Shown one piece after another: positions 1 through 12,091 of a stretch of 40,352 bases of DNA (positions are counted from its first letter, which is position 1; each line of letters begins with the position of its first letter). Source of the stretch: Octopus bimaculoides (lineage: Eukaryota); contig NC_068981.1 of NCBI RefSeq assembly GCF_001194135.2, positions 126,826,404 through 126,866,755 of the forward strand. Direction: 5' to 3'. The notes beneath the pieces were generated by a model. It did no database searches. It saw only the letters and a list, made by a program, of their open reading frames with translations, and was not told the origin of the DNA. A program made the position numbers and the translations under genes.

Positions 1-53
1 ATATATATATATATATATATATATACATTTTTATGTAAATGTCAGTATGTACT

Positions 54-215
54 GTAGGCGCAATATGACTGAATGATTGAAAATACGTTTCGCAATCACA
101 CAGTTTTGTGTTCGATCCGACTGCGTGGCATCTTATACAATATCATTTTATATAGTCTCAGATCGACCCATACCTTGTGAATGAAATTGAATAAACGGAA
201 GCAGTTTAGAATGTG
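54..215 (+). mobile_element. Degenerate tRNA-derived SINE (family C of this window)
   Basis: Head GTAGGCGCAATATGACT..., B-box-like GTGTTCGATCC, then CTGCGTGGCA and TATAGTCTCAGATCGACC...CCTTGTGA. Collinear with the copies at 12661 and 20665. Confidence 0.6.
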
Positions 216-514
216 AATGGATGAACTGAGCCCGTAAATCAAAGGTCCAGCCCATTCTTTTTACACAGTGTCACGTTGATTTCATTTACACGTTAAATTA
301 ATTATCATGGAATTCAATTCATCGTACCATTATAAATTCATGTCGGAAATTATGAACGAAATCCATTTACATTTTTGTAAAGTATGTATGGATTGCTTGA
401 GATTTACATCTGATATCTTAGACATCATCAGCTTACTGTACAAAAACATCTGGTATATCAGCAATATAGGATATATAATTTTTTTTTAACTTCAGATATA
501 TATGCTCAATAATA

Positions 515-1366
515 CGCGGTTTGATCAATAATTATCCGGACTGTTGCCATAGTAACGAAACTAAAGCACGCAGAGTAAAGCCGCTCGGCATAAATTGATC
601 TTAAATTCTGCTGTTCATGCTCAGTAAGTTTTAACGTTCTAGCCTACTTCCACTGTTTACAGCAGTGCTTGGAAGGAAGGCGTGTAGCATGCGATCGTCG
701 TATTGATCATGACAGAGAAAGTTGCAATGGCGGTACTTGCTCAGAGGCCTGCGCCAAGTTACAGAAAGGGAATAGAGAGGAGTGTATGAGCCGCACACAA
801 ATATGCGAGTAGTTCAGACGTTTCCATGATGGCCGAAAAAACAAAGGTTCTGGTAGACCTGTACCCAACAGAATTGAGAAAAACATCGCAGATGTGTGTG
901 CAGCTGTGAGGGAAAATCGTCAAATCACCATCCGTGAGTTATCATATGATGCGCAGATTAGTTATGCTTCAGATCAGTCCATTATCATTGAATATTTGGG
1001 TATGAGACGCGTGTCTGCTAAGTTTGTGCCAAATCTGCTTTCAGCTGACCAAAAACACACTCGGGTTTCAGTTGCACAAGATCTCCTTGATTGAGTCGAG
1101 AACGATGAAAACTTTTTGAAAGCTCTGCGTAGACCTCTGAGCAGGTATTGCCAAGATTTTGGCAAAATTTGATGCAGATTCTCTGCTCAACTTTCATTGT
1201 CATGGTCAATGCGACGATCACACGCTACATAGGTTCCTTCCAGGCTCTGCTGTAAACAACGCACGTACAGCAGAGTTTAAGGTCAATCTGAGCCAAGCAG
1301 CTTTACTCTGCGTACTTTAGCATCGTTACTATGACAACAGTCCTGATACTTATTGATCAGACCATG
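515..1366. mobile_element. Tc1/mariner-derived fold-back element: plus-strand 5' half of a transposase fused to an inverted copy of the element's 5' end
   Basis: TA at 513-514 and 1367-1368. Ends CGCGGTTTGATCAATAATTATCCGGAC and (reverse complement) CATGGTCTGATCAATAAGTATCAGGAC. Plus strand encodes mariner HTH region fragments (CMSRTQI...RFHDGR...SGRP; ENRQITIREL...LGMRRVSAKFVP.LL). Minus strand 1113-1210 encodes a mariner N-terminus (MKVEQRICIKFCQNLGNTCSE). Frameshifted and non-coding. Confidence 0.85.
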
Positions 1367-1430
1367 TATACTGTGTATAAGCACATCAGAAATTCATTCA
1401 CACACATTCGAGCACATACTCTCGCAAACA

Positions 1431-1465
1431 AATACACACACGCACGCACGCACGCGCACGCACGC

Positions 1466-1528
<63 letters not shown>
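1431..1528. repeat. Compound (CA)n/(CG)-(TA)n microsatellite abutting an assembly gap
   Basis: Directly visible. An (AT)/(ATTTAT)n tract resumes at 2399 after the gap. Confidence 0.95.
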
Positions 1529-2398
1529 NNNNNNNNNNNNNNNNNNNNNNNNNNNNNNNNNNNNNNNNNNNNNNNNNNNNNNNNNNNNNNNNNNNNNNNN
1601 NNNNNNNNNNNNNNNNNNNNNNNNNNNNNNNNNNNNNNNNNNNNNNNNNNNNNNNNNNNNNNNNNNNNNNNNNNNNNNNNNNNNNNNNNNNNNNNNNNNN
1701 NNNNNNNNNNNNNNNNNNNNNNNNNNNNNNNNNNNNNNNNNNNNNNNNNNNNNNNNNNNNNNNNNNNNNNNNNNNNNNNNNNNNNNNNNNNNNNNNNNNN
1801 NNNNNNNNNNNNNNNNNNNNNNNNNNNNNNNNNNNNNNNNNNNNNNNNNNNNNNNNNNNNNNNNNNNNNNNNNNNNNNNNNNNNNNNNNNNNNNNNNNNN
1901 NNNNNNNNNNNNNNNNNNNNNNNNNNNNNNNNNNNNNNNNNNNNNNNNNNNNNNNNNNNNNNNNNNNNNNNNNNNNNNNNNNNNNNNNNNNNNNNNNNNN
2001 NNNNNNNNNNNNNNNNNNNNNNNNNNNNNNNNNNNNNNNNNNNNNNNNNNNNNNNNNNNNNNNNNNNNNNNNNNNNNNNNNNNNNNNNNNNNNNNNNNNN
2101 NNNNNNNNNNNNNNNNNNNNNNNNNNNNNNNNNNNNNNNNNNNNNNNNNNNNNNNNNNNNNNNNNNNNNNNNNNNNNNNNNNNNNNNNNNNNNNNNNNNN
2201 NNNNNNNNNNNNNNNNNNNNNNNNNNNNNNNNNNNNNNNNNNNNNNNNNNNNNNNNNNNNNNNNNNNNNNNNNNNNNNNNNNNNNNNNNNNNNNNNNNNN
2301 NNNNNNNNNNNNNNNNNNNNNNNNNNNNNNNNNNNNNNNNNNNNNNNNNNNNNNNNNNNNNNNNNNNNNNNNNNNNNNNNNNNNNNNNNNNNNNNNNN
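1529..2398. other. Assembly gap (870 N). Other gaps: 5067-5318, 6971-6980, 11407-12091, 17589-18206, 21240-21668, 32820-32829, 35172-35435, 38642-39603
   Basis: Runs of N, mostly flanked by microsatellites, as expected for a short-read scaffold. Confidence 0.99.
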
Positions 2399-3749
2399 AT
2401 ATATATATATTTATATTTATATTTATATTTATATTTATATTTATATATATAGCCAGCAGACACACAAAAATATATTCCCTGAAATATACATGCTCAACAA
2501 CAGGATTAAAATGAAAATTTTCAAAAATATTCCTTTCCTTTCTTCAAGAACTGATTGTGATCCCTGAAATACAAGCTTCTGTGTACTTGCTCTTTCCTCG
2601 CGCCTGTCCTGATTCATCTAACTGCTTCCCTTTTGTCCTAAAAATTATGTTTTACAATTAATAATTCCCTAACTATTGCTTAATGTAAATAAGTAACACA
2701 GACTTTTACTATGGCATATTTTTATCTCAAAAACTCCCACGATAACAAGATATATTCCGTTTCTCATATAGCGCAATATAGGACTGAAATAAAATATAAA
2801 TTACAAGATACTTGAAAAGTTGTAAGTACTGTCTTGTTCTTAATATACCTATAAATCAAGCATTAAAATTGTAATATCAGCTACCTGTATCAAATAATTC
2901 TATAGTTCATAGTTTAAGACATTCTTATTCTTAAAACACATATACAGTTTATTTCTTCGCAATGCAATAAACCGAGTTATTTCAATACTGATTTTATTTA
3001 AATTCGATTTACATTTTCCATTAAAGCCAGTACATGTATCCACCGATATGGAGCAAAATATAGATACTACCGTTGCTTTATAAATTTAATACCAGATTTA
3101 ATGCAGTCGCTTTAATATAAAAATAATAAGTAGAGTTATTATAATAATAATAATAATAATAAGTAGCGTTAATATAAAAATAATAATAAGTAGAGTTATA
3201 ATCAATACAAACTAATAAGTTTTAGTTAAAGTCATTATAAATTTGTTAGAATTCAAAAGCATTGATATTATGTAAAATTATTTGTTCCATGATCAAAGGA
3301 CAATGTTAGGGTGAGTTTAAAGGTTAAGTACTTACGCTGAAATAAACTAGAACTGCTATATATATGGCTAAAACAAAAGCTGAGAAATTTTTCTTGCATG
3401 TTTGCCTTCTTTTAAGGCTTTTCTCTTCTAACTTCTCTTCTAAATTATTCCCTTCTTTCTATACCTTGGAAGTTTTATTCCGGCCTTTCTTTCTTTTCAT
3501 TAACTTGAGAAATCTTTCCTTTTATAAAGAAAATAACAAAATAAAAATGTGTCGCTTTTAAAAGAAATAACAGTTCATATACATAACAATGAAACTATCT
3601 TACCAAAGCATAAGTTTTACTAATACACATTTAATACATTAAATGATTGTATTAATTTATAAAAACATTTCGATTGGATTCTGGGTAGACAATGTCTAAA
3701 CGTTTAATATCTGTTTCTTACGATGTACATATAATTTACGTTGAAATTA

Positions 3750-3832
<83 letters not shown>

Positions 3833-3837
3833 GCGTG
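3750..3837. repeat. (GT)n microsatellite
   Basis: Directly visible. Confidence 0.95.
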
Positions 3838-4780
3838 TAATACACCCAATTTTATTCAACGTATCTACACAGCAAAGTGCAAGATAAGATTGTTAATATA
3901 TGACTCCTACAAAATATTAAGGATAAAATCTTCTAAGATACATTCCGATACATTCTGTATATTATACCTAAACAGAGAAGTTATTCTTTGCTCATTTATT
4001 TCTAAAAATGGAGATTTTAACTCAAAAGCTATTTCATAATGTCAGTAAAATGTCAAGTTTATTACCTAGTATAATCTTAGTTTTCTGCCTAGTAGAGTGT
4101 TATCCTAAGTAGTAAGCCACTATCTAGCATAACTGTTAACCTATATAGTATAGTATTGTCCGTTTACTTAATATAGCTATAGCATTGCGCTTTTAACAGA
4201 TGTAAAGAGAACTTCCTTCTAGGAATCATCTTACCTTTTTGAGATGTGAAGATTGAAATTAAGATAATAAAACAGTTGAAATGGTTAAAAGCTGATAAAT
4301 TCAACTGCTCTGCAAGTCATTTTTATAGTATAATTCCAAGAAATTTCCAAAAGTCCTCTTGGATATAATAAGGGATTCTTCAGTATAATGAAGGCTTTTG
4401 TTTTGTAATCGGTCCAATGTATTATTGGTGATAACCTTTTTGTTGTGATGAAAGGTTAATTTACAATTGCTTTGTTTTGCCTTGCCTTACCTCCTTTACT
4501 CCTACATGAAGTTATGTGGCCGCCGTTGCGATACGCAACGTGTTTTTGGCATTGTTTAGAGTTTAGCAGAACCTACTCCTCTCTAGGTCTGACCACAGCC
4601 AATTTCTTTCAAAAAGAGAGAGTAAAACAGAAAGAAATTATTCAATAATCAAATTAAAATATCGTTCGAATGCACGTTTATATAGAAGAATGTTTGTTCA
4701 ATCTGAACTGTATAACCAATACTTCATTTCCCTAAAACAACTATAAGGTAGGATAAAATTTTTAGTCTTTGCCCTATTTT

Positions 4781-4781
<1 letters not shown>

Positions 4782-4845
<64 letters not shown>
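4782..4845. repeat. (AAT)n microsatellite
   Basis: Directly visible. Confidence 0.95.
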
Positions 4846-4847
<2 letters not shown>

Positions 4848-5010
4848 TAACAACAAAAATAATTATAATATTCTACTATATTACTAAAGTTAATTTCACT
4901 AGGGACTAATATCGCTCCAAAATATTTTATACATTTAGAGTAAACTTTAGTGTGTTCTCTACCCAAAATCATTCCAACTAATCCGAATCTAATTTTTAAA
5001 TTTCTTTCTC

Positions 5011-5017
<7 letters not shown>

Positions 5018-5066
<49 letters not shown>
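5018..5066. repeat. (CT)n microsatellite running into a gap; (TA)n at 5319-5355
   Basis: Directly visible. Confidence 0.95.
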
Positions 5067-5318
5067 NNNNNNNNNNNNNNNNNNNNNNNNNNNNNNNNNN
5101 NNNNNNNNNNNNNNNNNNNNNNNNNNNNNNNNNNNNNNNNNNNNNNNNNNNNNNNNNNNNNNNNNNNNNNNNNNNNNNNNNNNNNNNNNNNNNNNNNNNN
5201 NNNNNNNNNNNNNNNNNNNNNNNNNNNNNNNNNNNNNNNNNNNNNNNNNNNNNNNNNNNNNNNNNNNNNNNNNNNNNNNNNNNNNNNNNNNNNNNNNNNN
5301 NNNNNNNNNNNNNNNNNN

Positions 5319-5359
<41 letters not shown>

Positions 5360-7459
5360 AAGAAAAACGTGATACTCAGACGTATGGAATCATGGGAAAC
5401 CTTAATCGAACGCAGCCTAAATTGATCCTACCTTCGCCTGCAATCTAATAGTTTGGCTCTGCTAAATCTTTTTTTTCCCTTTATATGCCTTTTTCTGCTA
5501 TCTGACCATCCCCATCCCATGAAACATACTTCTGCTGAAATTACATCACAATTTTACACACTATATATTTATCTGTTAATCAGTGATGAAATCTCATGAT
5601 TACATTCTAGCATCAATTTTATTATAAATATGCAATTCTGTGTATTTATTTTTTTTTAAAAGCCATTATTACATTTTGTTTTCTTTTTCCTCCCATATTT
5701 TGATTTTCCCATTTCCTGATTATCGTTTCCTTTAACAAACCACAATTACATTCGGTTGCCATATTTGTGAACCTGTGATTTGCGTTTTGATGGTGAACAT
5801 TTTGAAGTGTGGAGTTTTTAAATTTGCATGTGTATTTACAATTCCTTTTCCCAAACTCTGAAAATTTAAAATGATAAGATAATTTTCGATTTAAACAATA
5901 ATCATATAAATGATATTCATCGAAACTATATTTGATTTAAATTTATGATACGCTACAAGCCAATAGTTTTAATAAGTCATTTTTATTAATCTTTACTTTT
6001 GGCTAAAGTACATTTCGTGCTAAAATATTGAAAGAAAATCATCGCAAGATATGAATATCTTGTTTTAATAATTTTAATTGATTGCAATTCTTTACTTTTT
6101 AAAACTATATTTAAAATAAAAGAATTGTGTTTAGTTTATTTCTTTCCAGTGTTCGCATTTTGGAAATTATAATAAAATAGATTTATATATAATCAGTTTA
6201 AACTCTTTCCCTTTCTCGAAGAATCAACGAATAGCTTTTTTGCTCTGAAACTTGCTAGATATCTTTAAAGTGTCACTGAGTATTTATTGTGAATCCCTCA
6301 AAACGATATTTTGTGACTTATGTTGATTAAAAATAATCAGAAGTTTACTTTAAAAGAAATTCATCTAAACCTATTTCTCGGATATTGTGAACGCATATCA
6401 TCGATATTTGTATTACGATGTAAAATTTCAGTGTAATTTTCTCACTGGAATATCTAAACTTAAAGACATGCTTCATTTTACTTCTGAAATGAACTATCTG
6501 AAAATAATATTTTTCCTATTTCAATTAATTTTAAGGCTATATTTTTTGTAGGATTAAGAAAATCATTGAGGTTAACATTTATATATAAAGAGGTCAGATC
6601 CTGCTACATTGAGATTGCTTCGCAGTCACAAACCTCAGTTGACTTTGGGTCTGAACACTACAACTTACCACATCATTTTTAGCGTTTACAAACCTTTTGT
6701 GTTATGAAAATATGGGGGTAGCAGTAAGTTCTTATTTGTTCGCGTCTATGAACAAATTATAATTTTCATTTGAAATAATTTCGCTTATGTCTTAGAGAAA
6801 GTTATGAACTTCGCTCAATCTTCACACAACCATATAAATATGCAACGTAAAAAGAAACCAAAGAAAACACTCGGCCAACTTTCTTTTCTTCAGATGCTTC
6901 TAATGTTATTCTTGTTTTTGCATGTTCATTTTCCCTAAATCATCAACAAACATAATATTCTTGTCGAATTNNNNNNNNNNTTTTTTTTGTTACTCTTCAT
7001 TTTATCTCCATAAAAATAGATTCATGAAAGTAACTAGACGATTTTGCAGATATGCACCCAAGAATACATATATTTATATATTTGTGTATGTATAACATAA
7101 ATGTCTTTTGATTCGAAAATATTTTGAAAGAACTTGAGATATGAAATCATAAGAAATTTTGAATGTATATAGAAAGGTTGGAATTAAAATCTTCTGTATT
7201 TATGTTAGAACAACTAAATTTAAGTGGTACTCGAGTAGCTATATGTTTTCGTATGTGAATTATTGTCAAATAGAGGTATGGATTTTATAGGAACGGCTAA
7301 AAGTTCTATAAGTTAAAGTTCCAACACTGGAAATTACCTCCGCGACTAAAATTTTAACCAGCATACGAATGAAACTATCTATTGGATTCATTTAAATGTT
7401 TCATTTCTTTATTCTTTCGAATAAATGCGAATAAATGTGTCATTGCTCGTTTTTAATAG

Positions 7460-7539
7460 GAAGCTTGAGTGACACGGAAGAATATTACATGGTGAGCGCC
7501 CATAACACTCTTCGTCGAAGGACTAACAAACAAGAATTG
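7460..7539 (+). CDS. CAP-superfamily (SCP/PR-1/antigen-5-like) protein, first identified coding exon (internal; phase 1 start)
   Basis: Acceptor TTTTAATAG at 7451-7459 and donor GTAAGT at 7540. After 2 nt it reads SLSDTEEYYMVSAHNTLRRRTNKQEL, containing the CAP HNxxR motif. Confidence 0.85.
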
Positions 7540-7739
7540 GTAAGTGTTGTCGAATTTTTAAAAGGAAGTTCTTTAGATTAAGTTAGAATAGCTCTCGTTT
7601 TGATTATATTTAAATCGATTTTGGTATGTTTCTATAATTTTTATATTTGATAGTCTTTCGATAAATTTTTATGGTGCAAAATATTCGTAAAATCTTTATT
7701 TTTATAAAGAACTCTTCATAAATGTAATACTTATTTCAG

Positions 7740-7865
7740 AAATGGAGCCCATATCTCAGTAGATGGGCAAATTATATTATTCGCTGTGATGAAGAATATC
7801 CTGGTCCCAGAAGTGCTTACACTAACTTCGGAAAGTTGTTTACATCAGACCGAGACAAAGATCAA
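7740..7865 (+). CDS. CAP-superfamily protein, second identified coding exon (phase 0-0)
   Basis: Acceptor TTATTTCAG and donor GTAAGT. Reads KWSPYLSRWANYIIRCDEEYPGPRSAYTNFGKLFTSDRDKDQ, matching the CAP L.W...L...A.....C segment. In frame with the previous exon. Confidence 0.85.
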
Positions 7866-8659
7866 GTAAGTTATATCAACTGTTTTAAATAAGTAATTCG
7901 AGTATTATTTTAACAAATGTTGTTTTCAAATGCGCGCGAAAATAACAATTTTACATTTTGTGTGTGCATGTTTTTACTAAATGCATTCTCTATACTTCTT
8001 TAACATTTAATTATGAAAGGGCGTGCGTGTAGTACGAACCTTGAGGTACACCTTTGGTAATTTTTCTGGAGCTATGAGTTCTGTTGGTAAACATACGTTG
8101 AGTTATGCTAACGTTGGTTGAAAGCTCTTCATCTAGTTATGTGATGTAGAATTTGAATTGTAGATAATGTTTTCAACAACATGGTACAATCGATTCAATT
8201 CAAGTTCTCACTAAAAGATGAAGGAAAGTTATAACAACGTTTTACCAGTTTCAATATCACCAATAGCGGTGCAGAAGTTATGGTAAGTTTTTTTTCTTTT
8301 TTGTAACATATTGAAAACTTTGTCCGTTAACGTATGGGACTATTTTAGTCTCCAAAAGTGCAAATATACCTGATCCTAGCAGGAATGAGATTGCACGCCT
8401 GACATTTTCAAATTTGTGACACCAAATGATTGAGATTAAAGAAACAGTTGGATATAGGTCCTATTTACTGATTGTGTCTTCACATTCACTCACAGACTTA
8501 CGGGGAACTTTTCGATGTGTAATACGGAGTTGCAGCGAAGTTTACACATTGAATGTTAGGGGGGGTTATAGATTTCAGTTGTAATGATGTTGCCTGTTAA
8601 ATGGAAGAGCATGACTTAGTAGGAAAAGAACCGTTATAATGACGAGTGCATGCATTTGG

Positions 8660-8663
8660 TGTG

Positions 8664-8694
<31 letters not shown>

Positions 8695-8845
8695 ATGTGT
8701 GTGTGTGTGTGTTTGTGTGTGTGTGTGCGTGTTTGTGTGTGTCTGTGTGTGTGTGTCTGTGTGTGTGTCTGTGTCTGTGTCTGTTTGTGTGTGTGTGTGT
8801 ATGTGTCTGTGTCTGTGTTTGTGTGTGTGTGTGTGTGTGTGTGAG
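8660..8845. repeat. Imperfect (GT)n/(GTCT) compound microsatellite
   Basis: Directly visible. Source of the spurious CV-repeat ORFs. Confidence 0.95.
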
Positions 8846-9404
8846 TGTTTTAACGTTGTAAGTGTGAGTATGTATATTAAAGATACAGAAGTTAAGCTAA
8901 TTTCTAGTTAGCTATTTAGTCAAATAGATAATATCTAAACAAATAACTAAAGAGCAATTAGGTAATACTTTAGATTCGTTATATACATCAACGGCAGCAA
9001 GTATTTTAGTAAGATATTCATTAAACTATAACTTAGAGCAACATAGTAGAATATAGCTAGCTCGATACAAAGTTTAGAAGAAAATTATGTTAGCATTGCA
9101 TGTTTGCTCCTAACTATCTTTGCGGGAAAAAAAAGAGTGTTCCTTTGAAACTTATGCTGTGTATTTTAATTCTGCTTGTATTCAATGCATGTTGCTGTAT
9201 TTTTTTTTTAGGTACTGCGCGTTGGAAATCGCAAATGGTATCGGCGCAACTGCGTGCGTGCTTTTTTATCTCCTGTATAATCTTGTTGGTGACGGTTAAT
9301 CCAGAAACAAACCAATTACAACTAAATCCTTCAACTTCTTTAATTTGTGCAATTCCTAACCTAACATATCTTCTTAAGAACAACATTAATAATAATGATA
9401 ACAA

Positions 9405-9585
9405 TAATAATTCTTTGTACTATAAATACAAGGCTTGAAATTTTGAGAGAGGAGTCTAGTCGATTACATCGACCCCAATGCTCAGCTGACACTTATTTTA
9501 TCGACCACGAAAGGAGGAAAGGCAAAGTCGACCTCGGCGGAATTTAAGCTCAGAGTGTTAAGTCAGGAGACATGCTACTAAGCAT
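9405..9585 (-). mobile_element. 5'-truncated tRNA-derived SINE (family A)
   Basis: Contains GAAAGGAGGAAAGGCAAAGTCGACCTCGGCGGAATTTAAGCTCAGA, shared with copies at 12092, 28251, 37700 and 38069. Confidence 0.8.
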
Positions 9586-10190
9586 ACCTCTTTATTTTCA
9601 GAGTTTAAGTTACATTGTAATCAAATTTCTATACTATGACTCCGATGTCAATACTCTAATGAGGTTGTAGTCGATTCCCAGAACGAAAGTAGGCCTTATT
9701 TTTTTGTCAAAACTCAATGACTAGAATGCAATGGACATTTCTACAGGTGCATATGAATGTCTCTAGAAATATTGTATAATTCAGAATGTGGAATTGTAAC
9801 AAAAACTCTAAAACTGTGTGACTCGTTCATCAGATATTATCATACTTCATCTGATGCAAAAGGAACAGATGTAGTGTTATGGTATCGCATTTATATGGCT
9901 TATTATGTCGCAAGATAATAAACTGATAAAATTACGGTATCATTCCCATGTACTATAGTGCGTTTACCCGAGTACAGAGTGTGATAAGCTCATTGTTATT
10001 TTTCGATGAGTCTTTATTTTTAATATAAGATTCATTTTAAAGTAAATGATGTTGTTTTTTAATGATATACACTTCTGAAGACTTATTTTCCACTAAATTC
10101 TTAAAACAAGGAATATTTAGTGTTTTACATCTGATACCGAAAATACTGTTATTACATTTTTTGTTAATCATTATAATTCCCACTATTTAA

Positions 10191-10756
10191 CTCTTTTGAT
10201 GCCAATCCGTCTGAGACTGCCGCCGGTTCTATGATACGTATTTCTTGTTTTAAAGTGGGGAGACCCCTTTCGGTCATGAATGACCATGGGATTGCACCTA
10301 GAAAGTTACCCTCCGAGGTACAAGTCCGGGCAAGGTTATTTGTGGAAGGCCAGCAGTCTCCCATGCATATCAGCCTCCCCCCACCACTCCACTCCACTGA
10401 TGTTATCCAAGGGAAAGGCAAAGGCCAATGCAGCTTGGCACCAGTGATGTCGCAACTCATTTCTACAGTTGAGTTAACTGGAGCAACGTGAAATAAAGTG
10501 TCTTGCTCAAGAACACAACACGCAGCCCGGTTCGAACTCACAACCTCATGATCGTAAGCTCGATCTCTAACCACTGAACCATGCGCCTTCATGGTTTTAA
10601 AGTAAATCTACATTAAAACCCTCCATCAAAAGTTCATGATAATTTGTTCCAAACAAAAGCTTAATATAGCAAACTTATTTTACCAAAATTTTCATTATTT
10701 TCAAAATTAATTGAAACAAAGCATTGTTTTTCAACAGAGATATGGTAACAAAGGGG
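10191..10756. mobile_element. Possible TTAA-type (piggyBac-like) MITE interrupted by a SINE
   Basis: TTAA at 10187-10190 followed by CTCTTTTGATGCCA. Right end TGGTAACAAAGGGG is a weak inverted match (about 11/16). Sequence resumes after the SINE's target-site duplication. Confidence 0.35.
10257..10593 (-). mobile_element. Near full-length tRNA-derived SINE (family B) with 10-bp target-site duplication
   Basis: Minus-strand head TGAAGGCGCATGGTTCAGTGGTTAGAG...GTGAGTTCGAACC (A and B boxes) and core GTGTTCTTGAGCAAGACAC. TSD GTTTTAAAGT at 10247-10256 and 10594-10603. Confidence 0.85.
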
Positions 10757-11103
10757 TGCGATTTTTGTCAGCGCGAGTCTATTCAATAATATGCAAAGAA
10801 TTATGTATATTAGTAAAATGTTTAAACAAACGAGTGTCTTTTCGAACAAAATCTTACAGATGAGTGGAATAAAGAGCATGAGGTGAAATGTTTGATATTT
10901 CTTCTTGGAACAAAACGGATATCTCAATTTGATACAGCATCGTCCAGCTAGACAGTTTTTTTTTTCCGATATGGTATAACAGACAAATAATACGTTTCAT
11001 ACAACGAGCACAAATTTTTTCTTAAATTCTAATGATACCGTTTCAATTAAACGCTAAAGATAATTAAACATGCAGGCTAAGAATTGCATAAATACATGAT
11101 ACG

Positions 11104-11234
11104 ACAAATGCATTTGTTGCACAACTACAGATGCATTTGGCGCACATTTACAGATACATTTCGCGCGCAATTACAGATGCATTTAGCGCCCGCTTACAAA
11201 TGCATTTGGCATTTGGCGCGCAAACTTTTCCCGC
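11104..11234. repeat. 23-bp minisatellite, about 5 degenerate units (ACAGATGCATTTGGCGCACATTT-like)
   Basis: Units ACAAATGCATTTGTTGCACAACT / ACAGATGCATTTGGCGCACATTT / ACAGATACATTTCGCGCGCAATT / ACAGATGCATTTAGCGCCCGCTT / ACAAATGCATTTGGC... Confidence 0.85.
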
Positions 11235-11355
11235 TTCCCTTTCATCCTGTAGGTTAGAATTCTTAATATTCCTTTTACTGCTTTCCGACCTTTAAACTGA
11301 TAGCTGAAACACCCTCTTTATTTCTGAAAAGGAGTTTTATTACTATTAAACACTT

Positions 11356-11357
<2 letters not shown>

Positions 11358-11406
<49 letters not shown>
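11358..11406. repeat. (GT)n microsatellite running into a gap
   Basis: Directly visible. Confidence 0.95.
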
Positions 11407-12091
11407 NNNNNNNNNNNNNNNNNNNNNNNNNNNNNNNNNNNNNNNNNNNNNNNNNNNNNNNNNNNNNNNNNNNNNNNNNNNNNNNNNNNNNNNNNNNNNN
11501 NNNNNNNNNNNNNNNNNNNNNNNNNNNNNNNNNNNNNNNNNNNNNNNNNNNNNNNNNNNNNNNNNNNNNNNNNNNNNNNNNNNNNNNNNNNNNNNNNNNN
11601 NNNNNNNNNNNNNNNNNNNNNNNNNNNNNNNNNNNNNNNNNNNNNNNNNNNNNNNNNNNNNNNNNNNNNNNNNNNNNNNNNNNNNNNNNNNNNNNNNNNN
11701 NNNNNNNNNNNNNNNNNNNNNNNNNNNNNNNNNNNNNNNNNNNNNNNNNNNNNNNNNNNNNNNNNNNNNNNNNNNNNNNNNNNNNNNNNNNNNNNNNNNN
11801 NNNNNNNNNNNNNNNNNNNNNNNNNNNNNNNNNNNNNNNNNNNNNNNNNNNNNNNNNNNNNNNNNNNNNNNNNNNNNNNNNNNNNNNNNNNNNNNNNNNN
11901 NNNNNNNNNNNNNNNNNNNNNNNNNNNNNNNNNNNNNNNNNNNNNNNNNNNNNNNNNNNNNNNNNNNNNNNNNNNNNNNNNNNNNNNNNNNNNNNNNNNN
12001 NNNNNNNNNNNNNNNNNNNNNNNNNNNNNNNNNNNNNNNNNNNNNNNNNNNNNNNNNNNNNNNNNNNNNNNNNNNNNNNNNNNNNNNNNNN

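Noticed and set aside
8200-8282. Strong GTAAGT donor at 8283 inside the CAP intron (possible extra exon MKESYNNVLPVSISPIAVQKLW)
   Set aside because: No acceptor gives an open phase-0 frame, there is no CAP similarity, and the flanking exons already join seamlessly.
9100-9438. 112-aa hydrophobic ORF resembling a secreted or membrane protein
   Set aside because: It is AT-rich intronic sequence ending in an AAT repeat and SINE tail, with no splice support or recognisable motif.
10164-10592. 142-aa and 86-aa ORFs
   Set aside because: Both lie within the family B SINE and are chance open frames.
10520-10593. tRNA-like sequences at SINE heads (also 12200-12285 and 28251-28340)
   Set aside because: They have A/B boxes but continue into SINE bodies with TSDs, so they are not tRNA genes.
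11104-11234. Repeat array as a possible CRISPR
   Set aside because: The units are contiguous degenerate tandem copies with no unique spacers, the context is eukaryotic, and there are no cas genes.
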